A DNA stretch of 64,000 bases from an uncultured Methylomirabilota bacterium (GCA_963842855.1 CAWJHW010000004.1:536630-600629), one strand, 5' to 3'; positions 1-10,122 are shown, numbered from the stretch's first letter. Program-made: numbers and translations. Notes: generated by a model from the letters alone, not told the origin.

Positions 1-348
1 AGGTGCTGTGCGGAGAGAGTTAGAGGGGGTGGGCGTGGCTCGCCCACGTCTGCAGGGGATCGAGAATCTCCCTGAAGTTGGGTGGGTCACTTTCTCTGGT
101 GGAGCAGAGCGCCGTTCCGACTGCTACCTGAGATCAACGAACCAGCTGCCCCCTGAGGCTGAGCTGAGGTCAGCATCACCGAATCACGTTCGACGTAATG
201 GGTGATCAGCCGAATAGCAAGAAAAAGGAGACACCGTCAGCAGAAGAGTCCCTGCCACCTGCCCTCGAGTCCCATGGGGCACCTCACGGGTAACCAAGGA
301 ACCGCCAGTTCTTTAGGCGGCATCGAAGTTACGGTAGGAGGTGAGTGA

Positions 349-846
349 ATGGTGATAGCTGACTTAGGTTTGGGTCGCTTAGGCCAACTCGGCATCGTGG
401 TCCGCGACATCAAAGCAAGCATGAAGCACTACTGGAATGTTCTGGGGATCGGCCCCTGGAAGATGTACACGAATAGCGCCCCTCCCCTCAGGAACGTCAC
501 TTACTACGGGCGCCCGGCGGCCTACCGGGTGCGGGTGGCTCTGGCCCAGACCGAGTCTGTGGTCGTCGAGCTCATCGAGTACCTCGAGGGTGACAGCATC
601 CATCGCGACTTCCTGGCAAAGCACGGAGAGGGCATTGAGCACTTGGGGATCTATGTTCCCGACCTAGACACACCCTTGGCCCGCTTGCGAGGCCAAGGCT
701 TGACCATCCTCCAGGCGGCCGAGGGACTCGGTGCGAGCGGCGACGGGCGGTACGTCTATTTGGATACGCGGTCGACTCTGGGCATAATTCTGGAGCTGAT
801 TCAGGTGCCCTCGCAACGGATCGCACCAGAGTTTACCTACCCTTAA
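349..846 (+). CDS. VOC family protein (glyoxalase / bleomycin-resistance / extradiol dioxygenase fold)
   Basis: 165-aa ORF preceded by AGGAGG. Sequence pattern (LGQLGIVVRDI...GIEHLGIYVPDLD...ILELIQ) is typical of paired beta-alpha-beta-beta-beta VOC modules. Family call is by recollection only. Confidence 0.7.
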   Translation: MVIADLGLGRLGQLGIVVRDIKASMKHYWNVLGIGPWKMYTNSAPPLRNVTYYGRPAAYRVRVALAQTESVVVELIEYLEGDSIHRDFLAKHGEGIEHLGIYVPDLDTPLARLRGQGLTILQAAEGLGASGDGRYVYLDTRSTLGIILELIQVPSQRIAPEFTYP

Positions 847-883
847 GGATCACTACCCATTCGAGGAAGCCCTGCCCTTTGGG

Positions 884-2684
884 CTAGACCATATGGAAAG
901 ACCGGCGCACCTATCGCAGAATAGCGTGGGTTGTTCCTGGGCGGAACAGAGCCACATGCGAAAAGGAGGCCGGTCATGGAGAAGGATACCACATTCGTGG
1001 CCTTGGATGACAGCAAGCGTACGATCGTCGCTGGGGATCCTGCGGCCCGGGGACGGACGAGCCGGAGTTGCGCCGATTCCGAATGAACCGCGCCACCTTC
1101 GGCGCCTCTTCACGCGCCTGAAGCGCGAGGGGTCGGTGGTAGCTTGCTACGAGGCGGGGCCGTCGGGGTACGACCTCTACCGGCAGCTCACCGCCCTCGG
1201 CGTCTTCTGCCAGGTCATCGCGCCCGCCTTGACGCCGCGCAAGCCGGGCGACCGGATCAAGACGGACCGCCGGGATGCCGCGAAACTCGTCCGGCTCTTC
1301 CGGGCCAAGGCGCTCACCCCGATCCGCGTGCCCGATGAAGCCGGGGAGGCCGCCCGCGATCTCCTCCGGTGCCGAGAGGACGTGCAGGAGGATCTCCTCC
1401 GCTGGCGACATCGCCTCGGGAAGTTCCTGGCGCGGCACGGGCGCATCTACCGCGAGGGCCGGAGTTGGACCCAGCGCCACTGGACCTGGCTCCGCAGCCA
1501 GCACTTCACCCTCCCGGTGCTGCAACGCACCTACGAGGAGTACCTGTTCGCGGTCGAGCAACTCCTCCCCCGCGTCGCGGACCTGGACCGGGAGATTGCG
1601 GCCCTCGCCGCGACCGCACCCTACCGGGAGCGGGTGGGCTGGCTCCGCTGCTTCCGGGGGATCGACACCCTCGCCGCCATGATCCTGCTCACCGAGGTCG
1701 GGGACTTCCCCCGCTTCGAGCACCCGCGGCCGCTCGCGGCGTATCTCGGGCTGGTCCCGAGCGAAGCCTCCTCCGGGGAGCGGGAGCGGCGCGGGAGCAT
1801 CACCAAAGCCGGCAACACGCACGCGCGGCGGATCCTGGTCGAGGCGTCCTGGCACTACCGCCACCCGCCGCGGTTGGGCGCCGCCCTCACGCGCCGGAGC
1901 CAGGGCCAACCCAAACCCGTCCTCGCGCAGGCGTGGCAGGCGCAGCTCCGGCTCCACCGGCGGTACCGGCACCTGATCGGGCACGGGAAACGGCCCCCGG
2001 TCGCCGTGGTCGCTCTCGCGCGCGAGTTGGTCGGCTTCGTCTGGGCCGCCCTGACGCAGACGGCCCCGTCGGTCCCGGCCGCGTAGGTCCATGACGGAGA
2101 GAGGTCGGGCAACCCCATCCTGAGGCCGCCAGGGACAGCGAGGCAATGCGGGCACGATTGGAGAGTCCTCGGCAACGGCTATGCGACACTCGGGCTCCGG
2201 CCCGGGGGACTCGCGCGTCTAGACAGAGGCAGCTCCCGACGGAGCACGGTCATGCGGCACTACCCTTCAGGGCAATCCGCGCATATCAGAGTGATTCGTC
2301 GTCGAAGCCGCCCCGTCGCCGCGTGGCCCCTGGCCCTCGGGATCCTATTCACCTTCGGACCACCGCCCGGCCCGCGCGCGGCGCCACACCGTTGGGCGCG
2401 CCGCGCGCTCTTGCGGGCGGGCAGGAGGAACCGCAGGGAGGACCCTCATTGAAAAGTAACCCTTGACAGCCGGCTTTCCATATCAGCCGTTACATAGAGG
2501 TGTTGATCCAAGAGTCCTAACTTACTGAGTTCAGAGGGCTTAGAGGGATGGCAGACTAGAGAAGAAATCTTCCGCAGCAATTGCCGATGAGCAGATCGAC
2601 AGAACAATCGAAAACGACTGCGGAATCTCTAGTCGCTCTTCCCTTCGACCACGGACGTTTTCAACACCCTAAGTAAACGCCTAG
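884..2684 (+). mobile_element. IS110-family insertion sequence, bounded by ctag termini and flanked by the 9-bp repeat CCCTTTGGG
   Basis: CCCTTTGGG occurs at 875-883 and 2685-2693. The two flanks together reconstitute the hairpin CCCTGCCC-TTT-GGGCAGGG. The element contains the IS110-type transposase ORF and about 600 nt of non-coding 3' sequence. Confidence 0.5.
976..2086 (+). pseudogene. IS110 family transposase with an apparent +1 frameshift in a G4 run (1033-1036)
   Basis: ATG at 976 follows AAAAGGAGG and reads MEKDTTFVALDDSKRTIVAG, then falls out of frame. The frame of ORF 893..2086 continues ILRPGDG...IPNEPRHLRRLF...ACYEAGPSGYDLYRQL...DRRDAAKL...GIDTLAAMILLTEVGDFPRF...ITKAGNTHARRILVEA, which is the typical IS110/IS1111 DEDD transposase pattern. 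Confidence 0.8.
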
Positions 2685-3420
2685 CCCTTTGGGCAGGGAG
2701 GAATCGAATCCTTGCCGGGGGATTATAAAGGGGGACGGAGTTCCCCTTTATCCGACTCCTGGGCGCGAAGCGACCACCAACACCGCTGGCGAAGCCCCGC
2801 GCTTCGCGCGGGGAGGGTCACGTGTGCTGAGCATGCTCGACAGCTTGGAGGTGCAAGTCCTCTCCCCAACCGGATGGAGGGGAAGGGGGAGCAACCCGCA
2901 AGGGCGTCCCCGCGAGGGGCCGTCGGAAGGAAGCGGTGCGCAAACGCGCGGGCCGAGGAACAAAAACCGGATACGAGGCGGGAGCGCCGGGCGAGCGGGC
3001 GGGTGACCGCGAAGCCCCTATCCATCAAAGGCGCAAAACGTAAATCCGGCGGGTGCGCGCGGACGGCGGTCGAGCGTACCCTCGGGAGATCTGCTCGGGG
3101 TCCCGGACGCGGGACTGGCCGCCCGGCGACGGGCGGTGATCCCCCCGGGCAGCAGGCAGCCACGGGTAGAGTCGGGGAGGGAAACGAGCCGGGAACCCCG
3201 GAGGCCGCACAGCACCAAAGGCCCGTGCGGTCCCCGGAAGGGGGGAAAGGGAGCGGCCAGTAGGAGAGTGCGCCTCATGAGCGGCAGGCGGCAGAAAAGC
3301 CAGACGGTTCTGGCCTTCCGGGCAGCGCCAAGGAGTGAAGCTCCGAAGCCGGCAGGGGAAGGGGCCGAACCGCTCACGGCGACGCGCCCACCCGAACGCC
3401 CGGCCAACACCGACCGGTTG

Positions 3421-3839
3421 ATGGAGGAGGTTGTCGAACGTGCAAACCTGAAGGCAGCACTGCACCGCGTCAAGGCGAACAAGGGGAGCCCGGGCATCGA
3501 TGGGATGACCCTCCAGCAGGTGCCGGGCTACCTCGTAGCGCACTGGCCAGCCCTCCGGGAGCAGTGGCTCCAGGGCACCTACCAGCCGCAGCCGGTGAAG
3601 CGGGTCGAGATCGAGAAGCCAGGGGGTGGGGTCCGGAAGCTCGGGGTGCCCACCGTCCTGGACCGCTTCCTCCAGCAGGCGGTGCTGCAGGTGCTCCAAC
3701 GCGACTGGGACCGGACGTTCTCGCCGCACAGCTACGGCTTCCGCCCCCACTGCTCTGCCCAGCAGGCCGTGGCCCAGGCGCAGCAGTACGTTGCGGACGG
3801 CTGCGCCTGGGTGGTTGATCTCGATTTGGAGAAGTTCTT
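3421..3839 (+). pseudogene. Group II intron reverse transcriptase/maturase, N-terminal segment
   Basis: MEEVVERANLKAALHRVKANKGSPGIDGMT...VEIEKPGGGVRKLGVPTVLDRFLQQAVLQVL...HSYGFRP...VVDLDLEKF matches RT domains 0-3. The reading frame breaks at 3839, where foreign DNA starts. Confidence 0.8.
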
Positions 3840-3866
3840 GGACGCGGCGTCATACTGCTCTCCCTT

Positions 3867-6078
3867 TCATGGAAGCCGGTCGAAGAGACTCGGCTGGGAG
3901 TCGATCACCTTGATTCGCAGGCCCTTGCGCCGACCGCGGCAGAGATGGATGGCGTGAAGCTCCCCGCGCTTTACACGCTGCAAAACGGTTTGGCGGGTCA
4001 CGCCCAAAAGCTTCGTGGCCTCGATCATCGGGACGTAGCCCTCGACTTCCGCCTCGACGAAGCGAGCCCGCAGTTCGTCGGTCACCCGGATCCGCCAGGG
4101 GGCGCCGGGCGTGAGCTGCTCGCCCGCGATGAAGCCGTCGGCGAGCCATCGCAGCAGCGTCGAGGGCACCAGGCCCAAGAGCTCGGCCGCTTTCGCGACC
4201 GACACCGGCTCTCCCGTAGGCGGGGTCGCGGCAGGTTCGCAGCGCGGGATCTTCCAGTGCCGCCGGAGGTTCCCGACCCGGTCGGCGGTGAAGCGGTCTC
4301 CCCGCGCCGTCCGTCTCCCCTGGCGATTCAGGATGCCCGCGATGATCGCATCGGCATAATGCACGGCCAGGCGACGGACCAAGCTGATCGTCTCCTCGGC
4401 GGTGCGGAGGGCGGGCGCACTCCGGCGCCGGAGGGGGACCGCGAGTGCGGTGATCGCGCCGCCCCGCCAGCGGAGCGTGAGCTGGGCACGGGACTCGGCG
4501 CGCTGGACCGCGACGTTGACCTCTTCGAGCAGCGTGCGCAGCAACTCCTTGCGATCGCGATCCGTGGTCGTCGATGCAGACCACACCCGAACGACATCGG
4601 CACCGAGCGCGCGCAGCATCGCGCGCTCCTCGTTGGTCAGTACCCGTGGGCGCGCTTTCTCCCGCCGCGCCAGCTCCACCTCCGCGGCGGTCCGCTCTCG
4701 CAGGCGCTGCTCCCATTCCGCTTCCAGCCCGCGGGCCACGAGGCGATTCTCCGGCTCCACCGCGCGATAGCGCCGCTCCGCGCGTTCGGCTTCGTACCGC
4801 GCGCGTTCCACCGCCAGGCGCCACTGCGCCAGCGCCGCGTCGTGGTCGCTTTCGAGACTGGCCTCCGCGACGAGGGCCGCCTCGATCCCGGCGGGCGTCA
4901 CCGTGGCGAGGAAGGTCTGGGCCACCGCCTCGTCCAGTTGCGCGCCGCCGACGCGCAGGCAGTAGCTCCCCCGGCCGTTGACGAGCAGGCTGTTCGGGCA
5001 ATAGTAGCCGGGCGTCCCGTGCTTGCCCTGGTAGTAGACCTTGAGCCGGCGGCCGCAGCGACCGCAGGTCCCGATCCCCTGGAGGAGGGCCGCGCCTTCC
5101 CTCACGGCGCCGCCTGCGGCGTGAGGACGCGGGCGGGTATTGCCGGCGATCCGCGCTTGATTGCGTTCATAGGTCTCCCAGTCGATGAAGCCGGCATGAT
5201 GGTCGGGGAGGAGGACCCCCCAGTCCGCGCGCGGCAAGTGGCGAACGCGCTTCCGCAGGTGGCCGGCCGCATCGAGGGACCCGCTCGTGCCGCGTTCTAC
5301 CATAGACATAGGCGCCTGCATAGACCGGACTGGTCAGGACGTGATGGAGCGCCGTGTAGGTGGGCGTGACCCAGCGGAGCTCAGTGAGCGTGTGGGACTG
5401 GAGCGGGAAGGAGAGCCCCTGGGCGCGGAACCACAGCCAGACTCGGCGCACGGAGCCCATCTCGGCGAAGCGGTCGAAGACGGCCCGGATCGCCCCGGTG
5501 ACGGCCTGATCCGGATGGAACCGGACCTCACCGTCCTCGTCGCCCCAGAGGAATCCCACCGGCAGGCCGCGCCGCAGTTCCCCGCGGGCAGCCTTGTTGC
5601 GGATGCCGCCCTCGAGGCGGGCTCGCAAGACGTGGAGCTCGGCTTCCGACATGGTCCCCTTGAGGCCGAGCACGAGGCGATCGTTGAACAGGGCAGGATG
5701 GTAGAGCCCGTCGCCATCGCCAATCAAGGTGTCCGTCATGGCGCAGAGGTCCAGGAGGCGGTACCAGTCGGTGTTGTTGCGGGCGAGGCGGGACACCTCC
5801 AGTCCCAGCACGAGGCCGACGCGGCCCAGCGCCACCTCCGCCGCCAGCTTGGCGAACCCCGAGCGCTCGACCACGCCCGAGCCCGATCGGCCTTGATCTT
5901 CATCGATGACCACAATGTGCGGGCGGGTCCAGCCCAGCTCCAGGGCGCGGGTGACGAGGTTGTACTGCCGGTCGGTGGATTCGCGGTTGCGGTCGAGCTG
6001 CGTGGGCGAGGATTGCCGCACGTAGACGCAGGCGGTCCGGCTCAGGTGGGTGGGTTTGACTTTGGCATGCTCAGTCAT
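3867..6078 (-). pseudogene. Large serine recombinase (resolvase catalytic domain, recombinase/zinc-ribbon, coiled coil, C-terminal HTH) with a frameshift near 5286-5292
   Basis: ORF 5167..6078 has CVYVRQSSPTQ...DRQ...SRLARN (catalytic Ser region) and ends at ...YVYGRTRHER. ORF 3867..5321 continues ...GSLDAAGHLRKRVRHLPRADWGVLLPDHHAGFIDWETYERNQ...CGRCGRRL...YYC plus coiled coil and HTH. The two frames meet at a GGG/CCC run. Confidence 0.8.
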
Positions 6079-6503
6079 CGGGATGCCCCTCCTCCTCCGG
6101 GTTCGCTGCGCGACCGACGACCTTGGCGATCGCTCGAGCCAGCGCGTGCACGCACACGCTGCGCGCTTCGGGATCGAGCTCGTCCCACCCGGGGACGCTC
6201 GGATCCGCCACGTCCCGCAAGCCGAGTTCCAGTTGCATGCTCACCCTCCTCCTGGGCCGACAGGCCTCGCTCGCCATTTAAGCACAGGAGCCGACGGAGG
6301 AGGGCATCGACCACGGTGCGCGTGCGGAGGAGGTCCGTCACGGTGCCGATCGGCCGCGGAGCCGAAGGCAGGTGTTCCGGAGGCAGGGTTTGATGGCTTC
6401 GTCTGTGGTCAAGGTCGGTCCACGCGGCAGGGACGAGTGAGCGTGTTCCATCGGGCAAGACGAGCACGAGATGCAGACTCTCAGCTCGATGGGTCCAGCC
6501 CAA
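6075..6503 (-). CDS. Hypothetical small protein upstream of the recombinase; N-terminal part resembles the DUF5372 (Y4bD/Y4pK-like) motif
   Basis: LVLVLPDGTRSLVPAAWTDLD resembles the conserved P..WTD motif of small proteins found next to large serine recombinases. The true stop is uncertain because the high-GC frame stays open. A second small ORF (about 6071-6238) overlaps the recombinase start. Confidence 0.3.
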   Translation of the reverse strand: MGWTHRAESLHLVLVLPDGTRSLVPAAWTDLDHRRSHQTLPPEHLPSAPRPIGTVTDLLRTRTVVDALLRRLLCLNGERGLSAQEEGEHATGTRLAGRGGSERPRVGRARSRSAQRVRARAGSSDRQGRRSRSEPGGGGASR

Positions 6504-6600
6504 GACCTCGAGGCATTGACCTCTCAGGGGATGGTGCGGACGGAGGATGGTAACCTTGGGCGGAAAGCCCTGGAGGTGGGTAGTGTGTGGTGGCTTCCTT

Positions 6601-7288
6601 CGACCGAGTCAATCACGACAAGCTGATGGGACAAGTGGCCAAGCGGATCACCGATCAGCGCCTGCTTCGGCTGCTCCGGGCGTTTCTCACCGCCGGAGTG
6701 CTGGCGGATGGGCTGGTGCGTCCGACCGCAGAGGGGACGCCGCAAGGCGGCCCGCTCTCGCCCCTGCTGTCGAACCTCGTGCTGGATACGCTGGACCGGG
6801 AGCTGGAGCGGCGCGGCCACCGCTTCGTGCGGTATGCGGACGATTGTAACATCTACGTCCGCAGCCACCGGGCGGGGCAGCGGGTGATGGCGAGCATCAC
6901 GCGCTTCATCACTACGACGCTCAAGCTGAAGGTCAACAGCGCGAAGAGCGCGGTGGCCCCACCAGGGGCGCGGACGTTCCTGGGGTTCTCCTTCACCCGC
7001 CCACCGGAGCCGCGACGACGGCTGGCGCCGTCCACGGTGGCCCGGTGCAAGGCGCGGGTCCGGGAAGTGACGCGGCGGACCCGAGGCGTGAGTCTGGAGA
7101 CCATGGTGCAGCAACTGGGCGCCTACCTCCGGGGCTGGCACGGCTACTTCGGCTTCTGTCAGACGCCTTCGGCGCTCACGCACCTTGACGAGTGGATCCG
7201 GCGCCGCCTCCGGTCGGCGGCCTGGAAGCAGTGGAAGCGGGGCCGGACGCGGTTCACCGAACTGCGCCGGCGCGGAGTGGGTCTCGCG
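6601..7288 (+). pseudogene. Group II intron reverse transcriptase/maturase, C-terminal segment (palm YADD plus X/maturase), 3'-truncated
   Basis: FDRVNHDKLM...GTPQGGPLSPLLSNLVLD...RFVRYADDCNIYV...FLGFSF...LGAYLRGWHGYFGF...RRRLRSAAWKQWKRGRTRFTELRRRGV. Coding stops making sense at 7289, where a second GUGUG intron 5' end begins. Confidence 0.8.
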
Positions 7289-7289
7289 T

Positions 7290-7575
7290 GTGTGCCAGGC
7301 ATGGCACAGAACGAGCGAGGTGAAAGTCCTCGCGCCAGGTTCTCGCGGAGCCGAAGGCTAGGAGCAGGGCAAGGGCGTCACCGCGAGGTGGGGTCTGGAG
7401 GAAGCCCAATCCAAACGCGCGGGGCGACGCACAGGAACCGGATACGAGGTGTGGTACACCCGGGACGAGCGGGCACGTGACCGCGAAGTCCTCCATCCGC
7501 CACGGGGTGTGCTTTATAAATCCGGCGCCTACGCGCGAAACGTTCTGTGTCTCACCCTGGGAGATCTGTCGGCTA
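7290..7575 (+). mobile_element. Second group II intron, 5' (domain I) fragment nested in the first intron
   Basis: GTGTGCCAGGCATGGCACAG...GGTGAAAGTCCTC...AACCGGATACGAGG...GTGACCGCGAAGTCCTCCATCC...AAATCCGGCG...GGGAGATCTG is collinear, at roughly two-thirds identity by eye, with 2822-3105 of the first intron. Similarity ends near 7575. Confidence 0.5.
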
Positions 7576-7968
7576 TCCGCTGGTGGTAGCATCCTCGTCA
7601 ACGTCGGGTTTCCGCCTAGGTCCTGTGCCCCGCTTGCTGTCGCTCAGCTCTCCCAGCGGTCCCGCGCTGACGCGGGTTGGTCGTTCGCAGGCCGCCCCCC
7701 GTTTCGAACTGCCTACACGGGGGGTGTACAGATGGGCGCCCCGGTATGAGGGATAACCGCACCAGTTCTGACGGATGATAGGGGTAATTGCGGAGCGACA
7801 GGAAGGAGAGAGGGGAGGTGAAATACGCATTGGAGATTATACGACTGGGACGATGTGAGTCGGGATGCGGCCGAGAATCCGAGGGGTGATTCTGCAGTGC
7901 CGCTGGTCTTTCGTGCCGCCTTTGAAAGTCACAATCGATGGACACTGCATGGATGGAGGAGTTGAGCA

Positions 7969-8895
7969 ATGTGCGCTAAGGAGTATAAAGAGAACATCGA
8001 TCTGCAGGCTGCGGAACTTCTACACGGAGCGATTGACATGCACGTGCATGCGAATCCACATCTGGCCCCTTGGACTCACATGCTGGACGCCATAGAGCTT
8101 GCGAAGGCGGCAAGAGACGCTGGCATGAAGGGCATGGTCATAAAAGACATGGCATTCCCAACGACGGGTACAGCTTATTTGGTTAATAAGATTGTCCCAG
8201 GATTTCATGTGTTTGGTTCGATACTTATGAATTTAATCTGTGGTGGGATAAATCCGAGAGCTGTGAGCGTGGCAGTAAATCACGGCGATGGAGCGAGGCT
8301 TGTATATTTTCCCGCCGGAGATACGCTCCATCACGTAATTGCTAGGGAAACAATTGCCTATGCGGGCATAAATCTTCCAACGACTCGGGCGCAAGCAATA
8401 TCGGTTGTGAGGAACGGAGACCTAACGCCGGAGACCTCGGAGGTTGTAAAGATAATCGCCGACGCTGATGTCTGTTTGGTGACCGGACACCTGTCTCCCG
8501 AAGAGACGCTGATCCTGGTTCCACGTGCGATCGAGATGGGCGTGAAGAAGATTATAATTCTCCACACGATGTGGCAGATGATCGGATTCTCGCCGGAGCA
8601 CATACGGGAGCTGAAGAAATATGATGTATTCTTCGAATTCGAATTCGGCCTCTGCTCACCGATCATGCAGATTGATCATCGTGAAAATACGGTAGATCCG
8701 AGGAGAATGCTCAAACAGATGCGAGAGATTGGAGTAGAGAAGTGCATCATGACCACAGACACAGGGCAGGCGCATTCGCCGCCACCTTTGGTTGCAATGA
8801 AATGGTTCATTGCAATGTTGCTAAAGTGTGGTGCAACAAAAGACGAGATTCGGCAGATGGTGAGTAAGAATCCTGCAAGATTGCTTGATGTTTGA
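7969..8895 (+). CDS. Amidohydrolase-superfamily-like (TIM-barrel metal hydrolase-like) protein
   Basis: 308-aa ORF in a visibly lower-GC island. It has an N-terminal AIDMHVHANPH metal-binding-type motif and a later HLSPEE / ILHT pattern. Family assignment is tentative. Confidence 0.5.
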   Translation: MCAKEYKENIDLQAAELLHGAIDMHVHANPHLAPWTHMLDAIELAKAARDAGMKGMVIKDMAFPTTGTAYLVNKIVPGFHVFGSILMNLICGGINPRAVSVAVNHGDGARLVYFPAGDTLHHVIARETIAYAGINLPTTRAQAISVVRNGDLTPETSEVVKIIADADVCLVTGHLSPEETLILVPRAIEMGVKKIIILHTMWQMIGFSPEHIRELKKYDVFFEFEFGLCSPIMQIDHRENTVDPRRMLKQMREIGVEKCIMTTDTGQAHSPPPLVAMKWFIAMLLKCGATKDEIRQMVSKNPARLLDV

Positions 8896-9529
8896 GGGCG
8901 ATGAAGCGTGGTAGCGTAGGGTGGATCTATAATGGGGGACCCGCCCGTTTCTTCGCTGTCAAGGTAAATCCCTCCTCTCGATGCTGATCGATGGAGCGCA
9001 TCATAAACCTCTGGTTTGCCGTCATCCCCCGAGGCTGCGCCCGGGTGATCTCTCGCGCCCCATCGTAGTGGTGCCATCCGGTCGCCTCGCCGCCCGAGGG
9101 ACCCACCCGGCCTAGTCCGGGCTGACGAGAGCGGGAGCGGCGTGCCAGTGTCCCTCGGTGGTCCCCAGTGGGGCCGCCACGTTGTGGTGTCGCGCTGCCT
9201 GCTCCCCGGAAAAGACGAGGTCTTCCAGGCCGGAGCGCCGTTGCTCAGCGCGGCTGCCGCCGGAGCCCACCCGTCTGCCGCGGGTCGTACGGGGCCCCGT
9301 TCCGCCAGACCCCCCACACGACCCGGAGCACTTTCGGCGCCAGCTCGACGATCGCGTTGAAGCCAGCGTAGCGATCGCCGTGGCGCTTCGCCTTCAGGGC
9401 GGCGAGCCGGGCCCGCCTCGCTCCGGTCCGCGCGATCCCCAGCGCGGCGTGGTAGAGCGGTGACCGTCCGGCCAACCCATATAAGTATGGCACGGGGTTT
9501 GTCTCGAGTGCGTAGGGGCGCAGGTTGAA

Positions 9530-9965
9530 CGTCAGGAGGCGTGGCGGTGGTCCGGGCTGCCTTCCATTGATCTGGCAGGAGCTCGGCGAGCCGGCTGGCG
9601 GGGTGGGCACTGATGCGGTCGAAGACATCGCGCAGATAGACGAACGGATCGATGTGGAGGAGCTTGCAGGTGGTGAGGAAGCTGGTCAGGATGGCGGCCG
9701 TCCGGCCTCCGGTGTCGCTGCCGAAGAAGACCCAGTTCTTGCGACCCACAGCCACCCCTCGCAGGCTGCGCTCGGCCCCGTTGTTGTCGATCTCCAGGTC
9801 ACCGTCCTCGGTGTAGCGGAGGAGCGCCGCCCAGTTGCCGAGGGCATAGGCAATGGCTTCGCCAATCCAGGGCACAGCCTTTAGTGAGGACTGCGCGGTG
9901 TTCCGCGCGATGTCCTTCCGTGTGAATCGCACGTTTGGGAGATTGCCCTTCAGCTCATCCGTCAC
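9530..9965 (-). pseudogene. IS66 family transposase, C-terminal fragment
   Basis: The first ~145 codons of ORF 8676..9965 read ...LGNWAALLRYTEDGDLEIDNNGAERSLRGVAVGRKNWVFFGSDTGGRTAAILTSFLTTCKLLHIDPFVYLRDVFDRISAHPASRLAELLPDQW, the conserved IS66 TnpC C-terminus. No N-terminal/DDE part is present, and the rest of the ORF is high-GC read-through. Confidence 0.7.
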
Positions 9966-9985
9966 GTCTCCTCCAGCTGCATAAC

Positions 9986-10122
9986 TGTGGTCCGCAAAAA
10001 CTCTGTCTGCCTCTCAAATCGCGCATAAAATGTTGACCTAACTCCTCATAAATACAGCGAAAGCTCTTCCCGCCATCGGAGCAAGTCTTCCCAGGCAGAA
10101 CCGTGCGCACAACGTTGGTGCC
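9986..10122 (-). repeat. Non-coding repeat S, copy 2 (reverse complement of 34269-34405)
   Basis: About 137 nt at roughly 85-90 percent identity by eye to 34269-34405 (GGCACCAACGTTGTGCGCA...CTGCCTGGGAAGACTTGCTC...GAGCTTTCGCTGT...AGGAGTTAGGTC...GCAGACAGAGTTTTTG.GGACCACA). Confidence 0.7.

Larger units (their letters stand above)
3840..6600 (-). mobile_element. 2.76-kb serine-recombinase mobile element inserted in the intron RT ORF
   Basis: Deleting 3840-6600 joins ...GAGAAGTTCTT to CGACCGAGTC, restoring the RT consensus DLDLEKFFDRVNHDKLM in frame. CTT/TT is present at both junctions (3837-3839, 6598-6600). Confidence 0.65.
2822..7289 (+). mobile_element. Group II intron (5' end GUGUG, RT ORF in domain IV), disrupted by two insertions and lacking a recognisable 3' end
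   Basis: GTGTGCTGAGCATGC at 2822 is followed by about 600 nt of GC-rich structured RNA-like sequence, then an RT/maturase ORF. An 8-bp-stem hairpin (2795-2813) lies 8 nt upstream of the 5' end. Confidence 0.7.

Noticed and set aside
974-2155. 393-aa minus-strand ORF fully overlapping the IS110 transposase. Similar long antisense or alternate-frame ORFs occur at 3850..5001, 10179..11876, 43050..44159, 50859..51722 and 62609..63819.
   Set aside because: Arg/Pro/Gly/Ala-rich low-complexity translations are typical of open frames in high-GC DNA. Each overlaps a gene with clear family motifs on the other strand or frame.
2700-2725. GGAATCGAATCC, resembling a tRNA T-loop (possible tRNA fragment or att site next to the IS110 and intron).
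   Set aside because: The flanks form no proper 5-bp T-stem, acceptor stem or CCA context.
7576-7968. Search for group II intron domains V/VI, or the missing RT C-terminus, downstream of the second intron fragment.
   Set aside because: I found no AGC...GNRA...34-nt domain-V-like hairpin by eye. A weak RT-tail-like reading (…LAVAQLSQRSRADAGWSFAGRPP…AY) in one frame is too degenerate to annotate.
8676-9529. C-terminal two-thirds of the 429-aa ORF 8676..9965.
   Set aside because: Only the first ~145 codons (9530-9965) resemble IS66 transposase. The remainder is Pro/Arg/Gly-rich read-through. A weak transposase-C-terminus-like stretch in ORF 9245..9628 (…LYHAALGIAR…VELAPKVLRVVWGVWRNGAPYDP) was too uncertain to call.
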